A stretch of DNA of 64,000 nucleotides from an uncultured Gemmatimonadales bacterium (lineage in GTDB: Bacteria > Gemmatimonadota > Gemmatimonadetes > Longimicrobiales > RSA9). Location of the stretch: NCBI GenBank assembly GCA_963741945.1, contig CAVUKA010000003.1, positions 480,001 through 544,000 on the forward strand, written 5' to 3'. Below the pieces are notes generated by a model that made no database searches, was not told the origin of the DNA, and was given only the letters and a program-made list of their open reading frames with translations. Positions 20,241 through 29,505 of this stretch are shown one piece after another. Both the position numbers and the translations under genes were made by a program. Position 1 is the stretch's first letter, and every line of letters begins with the position of its first letter.

Positions 20241-21992
20241 ATGCGCGCCCGGGCGGTGATGCCCCTGGTCGGGCGTGTCGCCCCGCTCCTCCTGATGGCC
20301 GCGGCGGCGTGCGGCACCGACGTGAGCGGCCCTCCCGCCACACTGGTCTCGTGCGTCTTCGCCGACCCGACGCAGCTTGCGACGGGGCAGGTGCTCCAGG
20401 TTCGCGGTGAAGGCCACCGCGACGTCTGCCTCACCACCGGCGACGGTCCTGGCGTGTTCCTGTACGTCCCGTTCAACGCGTCGCCTGCCCCGGACGGGGA
20501 AAAGCCGGCGCCGCGCCTCGCCCTCGACCTGCAGACGGCGGGTGCCATCCCCGTCAACGATTCGCTCCTCCCCGCACCCGTGCCGGGGGGCATTCTCCTC
20601 GGCGCGGCCCGGGCCGAGCCGTGGCGTCGCCGCGACGCGGATTTCGACGCGCGGCTCCGCCAGCGCGAGATCCGGGAGCTGGAACCGCTGATCCACCCGC
20701 GCGGGTTCACCGCCGCGACGGATCGGGGTGGCCAGGGCCCGGCCGAGAGCGCGGCCATGACGCCGCCGCTGGCCCCGGACGTGCCGGCGATCGGGGACCT
20801 GGTGGACTACAACGTCGCCATCAGCTGCAGTCAGGAGAATATCCGCACCGGGCGAGTGGGCTACGTGTCTCAGCACGCCATCGTGGTGGCGGACACGGGT
20901 AATCCGGCGGCTTTCTCGCCGGCGGACCTTGCCTCGATCGCGGCCACGTTCGACACGCTGGTCTATCCGGTGGACACGGAGAGCTTCGGCGAATCGACGG
21001 ACATCGACGGGAACGGCCGCGCGATCATCTTCTTCACCCGTGCGGTGAACCAGCTGAACGCCCATCACTCCGGCTCGATCACGGTCGGGTTCTTCTGGTC
21101 GGGCGACCTGTTCCCGGCCGCGGCCACATCGCGGCTGGAAGCGTGTGCGGGGGGCAACCGGGCGGAGATGTTCTACATGATCGCGCCAGATCCGGCCGGC
21201 GCCTACGGTCCGTCGATAAAGACGGAGGAGGTCCTGCGTCGCTCGGTGGGGATCATCGCCCACGAGTACCAGCACCTGATCAACGCTGGCCGCCGCCTGT
21301 ACGTGAACGAAGCGCCCGTGTTCGAGGAGCCGTGGCTGAACGAGGGGCTGAGCCACACGGCGGAAGAGCTGGTGTTCTATCGGGTCACCGGGCTGCACCC
21401 GGGCGCCGACCTGACGGCCGCCGACCTCCGGGCCATCCCGGGCGCCATTGACGCGTTCAACCGGTTCGCGGCTCCGGATTTCGACCTGCTGCATTCGTAC
21501 CTGGAGGACCCGGACACCACCTCGCTCATGGGCGTGCCCGGGCTGTCCACGCGCGGGGCGGTGTGGTCGTTCCTGCGCTACGCGGCCGACCGGAGCGGGC
21601 GCTCGGACCCGGCGTTCTTCCATGACGTGGTCAATTCCACCACCTCCGGGCTCGACAACCTGTCGGCCGTGCTGGGCGCCTCCGCACTGTCCTGGATGCA
21701 GGACTGGACGGTGGCCGTGTTCGCCGACAACGCGGTCCCGGGCGTGGACGCCCGCTTCACGCAGCCGAGCTGGAACTACCGTGACATCTTCGAGAACTCG
21801 TCGTTGGGCGAGTTCCCGCTGCAGACCCGCACGCTCCCGGCGCAGGGGACGCGCAGCTTTTCGCTGCTTCCTGGCGGCGCCGCGTTCCCCCTGTTCCAGA
21901 CCGGAGCGGGGACGCAGGCTACGCTGCACGTGGAATCCGACGGGGGCGCGCCGCCGTCGATCCTGCGCGGCTCATTCCTGCGAGTGCACTAG
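20241..21992 (+). CDS. Secreted zinc metallopeptidase lipoprotein (M30/gluzincin-like)
   Basis: Lipobox AAAC; HEYQH...WLNEGLSH; DIDGNG. Confidence 0.7.
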   Translation: MRARAVMPLVGRVAPLLLMAAAACGTDVSGPPATLVSCVFADPTQLATGQVLQVRGEGHRDVCLTTGDGPGVFLYVPFNASPAPDGEKPAPRLALDLQTAGAIPVNDSLLPAPVPGGILLGAARAEPWRRRDADFDARLRQREIRELEPLIHPRGFTAATDRGGQGPAESAAMTPPLAPDVPAIGDLVDYNVAISCSQENIRTGRVGYVSQHAIVVADTGNPAAFSPADLASIAATFDTLVYPVDTESFGESTDIDGNGRAIIFFTRAVNQLNAHHSGSITVGFFWSGDLFPAAATSRLEACAGGNRAEMFYMIAPDPAGAYGPSIKTEEVLRRSVGIIAHEYQHLINAGRRLYVNEAPVFEEPWLNEGLSHTAEELVFYRVTGLHPGADLTAADLRAIPGAIDAFNRFAAPDFDLLHSYLEDPDTTSLMGVPGLSTRGAVWSFLRYAADRSGRSDPAFFHDVVNSTTSGLDNLSAVLGASALSWMQDWTVAVFADNAVPGVDARFTQPSWNYRDIFENSSLGEFPLQTRTLPAQGTRSFSLLPGGAAFPLFQTGAGTQATLHVESDGGAPPSILRGSFLRVH

Positions 21993-21993
21993 G

Positions 21994-22647
21994 ATGATCG
22001 CCCGCCCGTCCGTACGCGCGCTGCCGACCGCGGCTGTCGCTCTGGTCATGGCCATGGGGGCGTCCAGCGCGGCCGCGCAGGCGTGCGCGCCCCGTGGCTT
22101 CTCCGCGGGCGGGGCCGCCGCCGCGGTGCACTACGACATGGCGGGTGGCGTGAGCGGGACCGAAGTGGGCGCCGTGGTCCGCATGGCGGGCGCGGGACTG
22201 GCGCTGGAGGGCCTCTACGGGCGGCTGCTCCTGTCCGACGGGCGCCCGGAGCCGGACGTGGTGCGCGTGGTCGTCCGCGCGCCGCTGGCCTCGGTTCTCG
22301 GGGTCCATTTCTGCGCTGTGGCGCACGGCGGGGCCACGCGATTCAGCGTCGAGCGGGCGGATGGCCGCGTGGTCGCGGGCGGAGTGGGGCTGAGCGCGCG
22401 CCGGACGATCGGTCGGCTCACGCCATTCGGGGAGGTCCGCGCCCTGGCAGCGAAGAGCTCGGGCGCGATCCTGGACGTGGACGCGAGCGCGTCCGGGCAG
22501 GCCATCGGTGGCGACGCGGGGGCGGAGCTGGATCTCGGGCACCTGCAGCTCCGGGGGTCGGCCTCGTTCGACGGCCTTGCCGCCGGACTCGGCGCCACGC
22601 CGTACCCGACGCGCGCGATCCGGCTGGAGCTGCTCTACCGGTTCTGA
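21994..22647 (+). CDS. Hypothetical outer-membrane beta-barrel-like protein
   Basis: Signal peptide, amphipathic beta-like segments, C-terminal LELLYRF. Confidence 0.5.
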   Translation: MIARPSVRALPTAAVALVMAMGASSAAAQACAPRGFSAGGAAAAVHYDMAGGVSGTEVGAVVRMAGAGLALEGLYGRLLLSDGRPEPDVVRVVVRAPLASVLGVHFCAVAHGGATRFSVERADGRVVAGGVGLSARRTIGRLTPFGEVRALAAKSSGAILDVDASASGQAIGGDAGAELDLGHLQLRGSASFDGLAAGLGATPYPTRAIRLELLYRF

Positions 22648-23702
22648 GCGTTCGCGCCATCACGCAGCACGCTGAGCGCGCCGCTCCCTTCCCCACCCAC
22701 CTGCTCGTACGTGCACTGGCGCGGGTCCTTGTCCGGCCGCCAGCGCTCCAGCGCGGTGCCGTGGCGGAAGCGTCCGCCCGTGAAGTGGTCGTACGTGACC
22801 TCCACCACCAGCTCGGGGCGGAGCGGCTGCCACTCCGCCGAGCGCTCCGTGGCCCAGCGGCTGGGGCCGCCCGGCCGTGAGCCGGTGAACCCCGGCTCCT
22901 CGATCAGCGGCTCCACCACGCTCCGGAGCCGGCGCCGGTCGCGGTCCGAGAAGCTGGAGCAGAAGCCCACGTGGTCGAGGCGCCCGGCGTCGTCGTAGAG
23001 ACCCAGGAGGAGCGAGCCGATGCCGCCGCCGGAGCGCGAGTAGCGGAATCCGCCCACCACGCAGTCGGCCGTCCGGCGCCGCTTCACTTTCAGCATGGCA
23101 TCGCGGGAGCCGGAAGCGTATCGACGCGACGGGTCCTTCGCCATCACGCCGTCCACGCCCGAAAGCCCGCGCAGCCAGTGGTCCGCGAGGTCCGGATCCG
23201 TGGTCGCCCGGGACAGGTGGAAGCCGGGCGCGTCCCCGAGGAACCGCGCCGCGAACCGCTCGAGGGCATCCCGGCGGTCGCGCAGCGGCCAGTCCAGGAG
23301 TGATCGGGTCGAGCCGCGCGCCAGCAGGTCGAACGCCACGAGCCAGGCCGGGGTCTCCCGCGCCAGCTTCCGGACCCGGCTCTCGGCCGGATGGATGCGC
23401 TGCAGGAGAAGGTCGAACGCCACATCGTCGCCGCGCGGCACCAGCAGCTCACAATCCAGGACGAACTGGCGGGCGCGGACCGCGCGCACGGCATCCACGA
23501 CTTCCGGGAAATAGCGGGTCAGCGGCTTGCACGACTTCGACTGGAGCTCGACCGTGCTGTGGTCGCGGAATACGACGCAGCGGAAGCCGTCCCATTTCGG
23601 CTCGTACAGCCACTCCCCCTCCGTCGGCACCACGTCCGCGCGCCTCGCCTCCATGGGCGGGAGCGGCGGCTCGACGGCCAGGTTCAGCGGCTGGAACGAC
23701 AT
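22635..23702 (-). CDS. ATP-dependent DNA ligase (LigC type)
   Basis: EPKWDGFR (motif I), AFDLL, DGVMAK, KVKRRRTADCVV, SLLLGLY, FRHG...WRPDK. Confidence 0.92.
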   Translation of the reverse strand: MSFQPLNLAVEPPLPPMEARRADVVPTEGEWLYEPKWDGFRCVVFRDHSTVELQSKSCKPLTRYFPEVVDAVRAVRARQFVLDCELLVPRGDDVAFDLLLQRIHPAESRVRKLARETPAWLVAFDLLARGSTRSLLDWPLRDRRDALERFAARFLGDAPGFHLSRATTDPDLADHWLRGLSGVDGVMAKDPSRRYASGSRDAMLKVKRRRTADCVVGGFRYSRSGGGIGSLLLGLYDDAGRLDHVGFCSSFSDRDRRRLRSVVEPLIEEPGFTGSRPGGPSRWATERSAEWQPLRPELVVEVTYDHFTGGRFRHGTALERWRPDKDPRQCTYEQVGGEGSGALSVLRDGANAQNR

Positions 23703-23787
23703 GGTGGCGGGTCTCCTCGGGTTCCGGTGGCCTCCCGCTCCGGCTCCGCGCAAATACTCCGCCAACGGCGCGGAGAGCGCGGAGGCG

Positions 23788-24013
23788 GCGGAGGACGCGG
23801 AGAACTGCAACACCGGGGCACGCGGAGGCGCGGAGGACGCGGAGAACTGCAACACCGGCGCACGCGGAGGCGCGGAGGACGCGGAGAACTGCAACACCGG
23901 GGCACGCGGAGGCGCGGAGGACGCGGAGAACTGCAACACCGGGGCACGCGGAGGCGGCGGAGGACGCGGAGAACTGCAACACCGAGGCACGCGGAGGCGC
24001 GGAGGACGCGGAG
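23788..24013. repeat. Tandem array of a 42-bp unit, 5 copies plus a partial copy
   Basis: Unit GCGGAGGACGCGGAGAACTGCAACACCGGGGCACGCGGAGGC; one extra G after copy 4. Confidence 0.95.
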
Positions 24014-24042
24014 GGCTACGCGGGGTTGTGATCCACCGGAGA

Positions 24043-24135
24043 AGTCCGGTGACCGGGCTGGCCCGTTCATTATTTTTGGGGGGGGATCCCCCCGCAGAGT
24101 CCTGGCGAGACAGCTCCCTCGCCCCGGAACGCCCT
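24043..24135. other. Repeated structured non-coding motif, copy 2
   Basis: Similar to 6108-6200; lies between two oppositely oriented tandem arrays. Confidence 0.6.
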
Positions 24136-24470
24136 TCGCGATCTCCGCGCCTCCGCGTGAGAGCCGTGGTTCTTCGCGATCTCCGCGCCTTCGCGTGAGA
24201 GCCGTGGTTCTTCGCGATCTCCGCGCCTCCGCGTGAGAGCCGTGGTTCTTCGCGATCTCCGCGCCTCCGCGTGAGAGCCGTGGTTCTTCGCGATCTCCGC
24301 GCCTCCGCGTGAGAGCCGTGGTTCTTCGCGATCTCCGCGCCTCCGCGTGAGAGCCGTGGTTCTTCGCGATCTCCGCGCCTCCGCGTGAGAGCCGTGGTTC
24401 TTCGCGATCTCCGCGCCTCCGCGTGAGAGCCGTGGTTCTTCGCGATCTCCGCGCCTCCGCGTGAGAGCCG
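24134..24470. repeat. Tandem array of a 38-bp unit, about 9 copies
   Basis: Unit CTTCGCGATCTCCGCGCCTCCGCGTGAGAGCCGTGGTT; near-identical copies with no spacers. Confidence 0.95.
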
Positions 24471-24595
24471 CGGGGCACCGATCTTTGCGTGACGGGAAGC
24501 TGGGGGGCGAGTGGCGCGGGCTGGAGCGGCCATCCATATTCCCGCCCCGTACCTGATCCGATCCCACCGCATCCAGGACCATCGGAGGTTGCACC

Positions 24596-27085
24596 ATGCA
24601 TCGACTGCTGGCCGGCGCGCTGCTGATCGGCTCCGCCGCTGCGTGCGCGCATGCGGGGGCCACGGCGCCCACGCCCCCGTCCGCCGCCAAGCCACTCCCC
24701 TCCATCGCATCGAAGACGCAGGGCTTCGAGAGGATGGATGGCTTCCTGCCGCTGTACTGGGACGAAGCGGAGGGGAAGCTGTGGATGGAGGTGCCGGAAA
24801 CGGGGACCGAGCTGCTCTACGTCGAAGGGCTCACGGCCGGGGTCGGCTCGAACGACATCGGCCTGGACCGGAATCAGCTCGGTCGCACGCGCGTGATCCG
24901 CTTCGACCGCATCGGTCGGAAGCTGCTCGTGGTGGAGCCGAACTACGACTACCGCGCCGGAACGCAGAATGCGGCGGAGCGCCGGGCGGTGGACGACGCG
25001 TTCGCGCGCTCGGTCCTGTGGGGATTCCCGATCGCCGCGGAGACCGAGGGTCGACTGCTCGTGGACGCCACGGATTTCCTGATCCGGGATGTCCACGGCG
25101 TGGCCCGGCAGCTGAAGCAGACGAAGCAGGGGAGCTACAAGCTGGACAAGTCGCGCAGCGCGGTGGACCTCTCGCGGACGCGGGCCTTCCCGCGCAACAG
25201 CGAGGTGGAGGTGATCCTGACGTTCGAGGGCGAGCCCGAGGGCGGCTGGATCCGCTCGGTCACGCCGTCGCCGGAGGCGGTCACGGTTCGCGAGCGCCAT
25301 TCCTTCGTGCACTCGCCCCCGCCCGGCTACGAGCCCCGGCGCTTCGACCCGCGCGCGGGCTACTTCGACGTGGCGTGGAAGGACTACGCGGTGCCACTGG
25401 GCGAGCCGCTGGAGCAGCGATTCATCACGCGGCACCGGCTGCAGAAGAAGGACCCGGGCGCGGCCATGAGCGATCCGGTGGAGCCGATCGTGTATTACGT
25501 GGATCCGGGCGTGCCGGAGCCGATCCGGTCGGCGCTGGTGGAGGGCGCCGGCTGGTGGAACCAGGCGTTCGAGGCCGCGGGGTACCGGAACGCCTTCCAG
25601 GTGAAGGTGCTCCCGGATACCGCCGATCCCATGGATGTCCGCTACAACATGATCAACTGGGTGCACCGCTCCACACGCGGCTGGAGCTATGGCAGCTCGG
25701 TGGCAGACCCGAGGACGGGTGAGATCATCAAGGGGCACGTGCTCCTCGGATCGCTGCGGGCGAGGCAGGACTACCTGCTGGCGGAAGGGCTGCTTTCCCC
25801 GTACGACTCCACCGGTGAGGTCCCTTCGGCCATGCGCGAGCTGGCGCTGGCGAGGATCCGTCAGCTTTCGGCCCACGAGGTCGGGCACACGCTCGGGCTG
25901 GCGCACAACTACCTGGCGAGCAGCGAGGGACGAACGTCCGTGATGGACTACCCGCACCCGTTGGTGAAGCTGACGGCGGACGGCTCCATCGACCTGTCGG
26001 ACGCCTATGACACGGGGATCGGCGAGTGGGACAAGGTCTCCATCGCCTATGGATACTCCGATTTTGCCGATGGCGCCGATGAGGCGAAAGCGCTCGAGCG
26101 GATCATCCGGGCGGCGAGGGAGGACGGGCTGCTCTACCTGACGGATCAGGACGCGCGGCCGGCCGGGAGCGCGCATCCGCAGACGCATCTCTGGGACAAC
26201 GGCGTGGATGCCGCGCAGGAGCTGCGGCGGATGCTGACGGTGCGCAAGGCGGCGCTCGACCGTTTCGGCGAGCGGGCCATCCGCATGGGAATGCCGCTCG
26301 CGACCATGGAAGAGGCGCTGGTCCCGCTCTACCTCCACCACCGATACCAGGTCGAGGCGGCCACCAAGGTGATCGGGGGGCAGTACTACACCTACGCCAT
26401 TCGCGGCGACGGGCAGGTCCCGGTCCGGAGCGTGCCAGCGGAGCAGCAGAGCGCCGCGCTGGACGCTGTGCTCGAGACGCTCTCGCCGTCCGTGCTCGCG
26501 CTGCCGACGGAGCTGCTGAAGCGGATTCCGCCCCGGCCGGCGGGCTTCCCGTCGCACCGTGAGCTGTTCGATCGCTATACGGGGATCACGTTCGATGCCG
26601 TCTCGCCGGCGGCTGCGGCCGCCGACCTGACCCTGTCGTTCCTGCTCCAGGAGGAGCGGGCAGCGCGGCTGGTGGAGCAGCACGCCCTCGATCCGTCGCT
26701 CCCCGGATTCCAGGACGTGCTGGAGCGGCTCGAGCAGGGCTCGTTCGGCGCGGCCGCGGCCAACCCCTACGAGGCGGAGATCAAGCGCGTGGTCGAGGAA
26801 GCGATGGTGGAGCGTCTGATGGGGCTGGCCGCGAGCGCGCCGATGCCCCAGGTTCGGTCCGCCAGTGAGCTGGAGCTGCGACGGCTCCGTGACCGGCTGC
26901 AGGCGGCGGCGCGGGGCGCGAGCGACGAGGACCGGGCCACCGACCTCCGCCTGGCGAGCGACATCCAGCGCTTCCTCGACCGGCCAGCGGGCCCGTGGTC
27001 ACCAGCCGGTCCGTTGCCGGCGCCGCCGGGGAGCCCGATCGGGGGAGGCGGCGACTTCATTCAACCCTGGAACGGAACGCCATGA
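24596..27085 (+). CDS. Zinc-dependent metalloprotease (DUF5117/DUF4953, EcxA-like)
   Basis: Signal peptide; DPRAGYF, DPRTGEII, HEVGHTLGLAHNY, SVMDY (Met-turn). Confidence 0.88.
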   Translation: MHRLLAGALLIGSAAACAHAGATAPTPPSAAKPLPSIASKTQGFERMDGFLPLYWDEAEGKLWMEVPETGTELLYVEGLTAGVGSNDIGLDRNQLGRTRVIRFDRIGRKLLVVEPNYDYRAGTQNAAERRAVDDAFARSVLWGFPIAAETEGRLLVDATDFLIRDVHGVARQLKQTKQGSYKLDKSRSAVDLSRTRAFPRNSEVEVILTFEGEPEGGWIRSVTPSPEAVTVRERHSFVHSPPPGYEPRRFDPRAGYFDVAWKDYAVPLGEPLEQRFITRHRLQKKDPGAAMSDPVEPIVYYVDPGVPEPIRSALVEGAGWWNQAFEAAGYRNAFQVKVLPDTADPMDVRYNMINWVHRSTRGWSYGSSVADPRTGEIIKGHVLLGSLRARQDYLLAEGLLSPYDSTGEVPSAMRELALARIRQLSAHEVGHTLGLAHNYLASSEGRTSVMDYPHPLVKLTADGSIDLSDAYDTGIGEWDKVSIAYGYSDFADGADEAKALERIIRAAREDGLLYLTDQDARPAGSAHPQTHLWDNGVDAAQELRRMLTVRKAALDRFGERAIRMGMPLATMEEALVPLYLHHRYQVEAATKVIGGQYYTYAIRGDGQVPVRSVPAEQQSAALDAVLETLSPSVLALPTELLKRIPPRPAGFPSHRELFDRYTGITFDAVSPAAAAADLTLSFLLQEERAARLVEQHALDPSLPGFQDVLERLEQGSFGAAAANPYEAEIKRVVEEAMVERLMGLAASAPMPQVRSASELELRRLRDRLQAAARGASDEDRATDLRLASDIQRFLDRPAGPWSPAGPLPAPPGSPIGGGGDFIQPWNGTP

Positions 27086-27468
27086 GCCATCTCCTCTTCT
27101 ACGCCCATTCGGGGCTGCGGTACGTGGTGCTCGTCATCGCGTTTCTGACATTCCTGTATGCCCTGGTCCGCTCGGTCCAGGGAGCCCAGCAGGACCGGTC
27201 GGGGCGCGCGCTTACAGCCGCGTTCACGGGACTGCTGGATCTGCAGGTTCTGCTCGGCATCCTGCTTGTCTTCTTCCGCCCCTGGTTCCCTGCCCTGGCC
27301 GGCCACATCACCATGATGGTGCTGGCGGCCGCCACGGCCCACACCACCAGCGTGCTCGCCCGGCGGCGGCCGCCGGAGCGCGCGCACCGCGTTACGGCGG
27401 TGGGCATCGGCGTGACCATCCTGCTGATCGTGGGAGGGATCCTCTCCATCGGGCGCCCGATCTTCTGA
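27082..27468 (+). CDS. Four-TM His-containing membrane protein (cytochrome b-like hypothetical)
   Basis: AHSGLRY, LDLQVLLG, GHITMM; ATGA overlap with the upstream protease. Confidence 0.6.
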   Translation: MSHLLFYAHSGLRYVVLVIAFLTFLYALVRSVQGAQQDRSGRALTAAFTGLLDLQVLLGILLVFFRPWFPALAGHITMMVLAAATAHTTSVLARRRPPERAHRVTAVGIGVTILLIVGGILSIGRPIF

Positions 27469-27505
27469 CGCCTGGCTGCCGCATGCGCGGCACCGCAGCC
27501 AGAGA

Positions 27506-27539
27506 AGCGCCCCACCGGCCGATCGGCCGGTGGGGCGCT
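27506..27539. terminator. Perfect 34-bp palindrome between convergent genes (possible bidirectional terminator or REP)
   Basis: AGCGCCCCACCGGCCGA|TCGGCCGGTGGGGCGCT. Confidence 0.5.
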
Positions 27540-27565
27540 CGCTTCCCGCTCGGGATGTCCGCGAA

Positions 27566-28927
27566 TCAGTGCTGGTTCCCGCCGCCCCCGCCTCCCGGCT
27601 TCGTGGGCTTCGACGGCTTCGACGACGTCGAGGAGGACGACGACGGTCGCGGCGCCGGTGATGCCGCCGGCCGCGACGGCGGCGAGGAGTGCTGCACGCG
27701 GGGCGGTGAGGCATGGCGCTCCGCCCTCGGCGTGGCGCGCGGCTGCGGCCGGGGCGGGGAGCGGCGCTCCACGCGCGGTGCCACGGCGCGCGGCTCCCTG
27801 GCCGGCTCCGCCGGGCGGTCGACACGGGGCGGCGCGGCCGTCGCCGTGGGACTGGCCTTCTCGCCGCGTGACGGCAACAGCTCCGGAAGGGCCGGGCGCT
27901 CACGAGCCTGCCGCGGGTTGGACGCCTCCGACGGTTGCGCCGTACGGCCCTCCGCGTCCGCCCGTCGACCCACCTCCGGCCGGTCGGGGATCAGCGTCCT
28001 GAGCACGGGCCGCTCCGTTGTCACGCGCTCGCCAGTCCTCGGGCCGGGCGGCAGCGCCTTCTTCACGGTGCCAGCCTTCCCATCGCCGCGGCCGGGGATG
28101 CCGGGAATCACCTTGGCCGGATGACCGTTCTCACCGTCATCCGTCGCGATCCACCCGGTGGGCACGGGCGGCCGCTTCGGCAGCTTCTTCTTCAGTTCCG
28201 GCAACCGCCGGGCGCTGTCGGCGGGCGGCACGGTCCTGTCGTTCCGCGGGCAGACGAACCACCCCTGGTAATAGGCATAGGCCGGCACGGACATGAACAC
28301 GCCGTTGCAGTTGACCCACACGTACGACGGCTGCGCCCTGTTCGAACCGTACAGCCAGTTCGTGGGCCAGACCACGTGGTAGGCCAGCGTATACTCCGTC
28401 ATCCCGGGCTGCGGAACGATCTCCCGGGCCAGCATCTCCGCGGCGCCGTACGGGCTGCGCGTGAGGATCTGGTGGTCGATCCACGGGGAACGCCCCGTGG
28501 CCATGAACTGCGCCACGTCCAGCGGTCGCTCCGCCGCCACCAGCACGATGTACGTGGGCGCGGAGCCGTAGACCAGCGAGCGGTTGCTGGCGAACCGGTA
28601 TGCCGAGGCCTCCGTGCGCACGGTGTGGCGGCCGTACGAGAAGCGCTGCTGCCCGCCATAGCCGATGGCGGGGTAGAGCATACGGGCCGAGCCGAACTCG
28701 CTGATGGCGAAGATGGCCACGTGGGCCGGACGGTTCACGTTGAACGACGCGAAGCCGGTGTACTCGTCGTACCAGATCGTCGCCTGCAGCGGGGGTTGGT
28801 CGTACGAGCGCGCCCCGTACGGGGACGCGTCCGGGTAATCCGGGTAATCTCCTGGCCCGGGGCCGTATGCCCGGGGAGCATAGCACGCCGTGGTCCCCAG
28901 GAGGAGGAGCGGGAGCAGGTATCGCAT
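27566..28927 (-). CDS. Lipoprotein with a DUF4384-like domain and a Pro-rich disordered tail
   Basis: GGAGG RBS, lipobox TTAC, NRPAHVAIFAI...RMLYP, and YIVLVAAERPL. Confidence 0.6.
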   Translation of the reverse strand: MRYLLPLLLLGTTACYAPRAYGPGPGDYPDYPDASPYGARSYDQPPLQATIWYDEYTGFASFNVNRPAHVAIFAISEFGSARMLYPAIGYGGQQRFSYGRHTVRTEASAYRFASNRSLVYGSAPTYIVLVAAERPLDVAQFMATGRSPWIDHQILTRSPYGAAEMLAREIVPQPGMTEYTLAYHVVWPTNWLYGSNRAQPSYVWVNCNGVFMSVPAYAYYQGWFVCPRNDRTVPPADSARRLPELKKKLPKRPPVPTGWIATDDGENGHPAKVIPGIPGRGDGKAGTVKKALPPGPRTGERVTTERPVLRTLIPDRPEVGRRADAEGRTAQPSEASNPRQARERPALPELLPSRGEKASPTATAAPPRVDRPAEPAREPRAVAPRVERRSPPRPQPRATPRAERHASPPRVQHSSPPSRPAASPAPRPSSSSSTSSKPSKPTKPGGGGGGNQH

Positions 28928-29147
28928 GTGTTGCCTCCGGGTGGTGTCCATGGAAACTACATTACCCCCGGTCATTTTGTTCCGTGACCACCGGAACGCT
29001 TCGAAAACGCGCCCGCAGCCGCTTTCCCTTCCAATATAGGGCCAGCGCCCGGTCACGGCAGGGTCGTTGCAGGATCGTGGGGTGGATCCGGGCGCGACGC
29101 AGGACACCGGTCCGCCCGGCCGAACCGAACCAGGGGGAGGTCCGCCA

Positions 29148-29429
29148 GTGCCACGGCAGAACGGGAAGGTGAAGTGGTTCTCCGACGCGAAGGGATACGG
29201 GTTCATCACCGCGGAGGATGGCGATGATGTGTTCGTCCACCACTCGGGGATCGAGGGGTACGGGTACAAGACGCTGAGTGAGGGTGAGCGCGTCGAGTTC
29301 GAGCTGGTCGAGGAGCCCCGGGGGCGGAAAGCCACGGGCGTGGTCCGGCTGGAAGCGGCGGACGGTCCTCCGGACCGCAACCGGGACCAGGCCATCCAGA
29401 GCCCGATGGACCACAAGCCCCGGCGCTAG
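29148..29429 (+). CDS. Cold-shock domain protein
   Basis: [15 protein letters not shown] (RNP1) and DVFVHHS (RNP2); GGGAGG RBS before the GTG start. Confidence 0.93.
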   Translation: MPRQNGKVKWFSDAKGYGFITAEDGDDVFVHHSGIEGYGYKTLSEGERVEFELVEEPRGRKATGVVRLEAADGPPDRNRDQAIQSPMDHKPRR

Positions 29430-29505
29430 GCGGACTGCCCGGCGTGGCCGCGGCGGCGGCCCCGCCCGTCATCGTCGGCACCGGCACCTGCTCGGGGCGC
29501 GCGCG

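Noticed and set aside
23788-24470. CRISPR array
   Set aside because: The units are head-to-tail with no unique spacers, and there are no cas genes in the window
23703-24710. Long N-terminal extension of the ligase ORF and other repeat-derived ORFs (HAEARR, AEDAEN repeats)
   Set aside because: These are translations of non-coding tandem repeats; ligase homology begins at MSFQP (23702)
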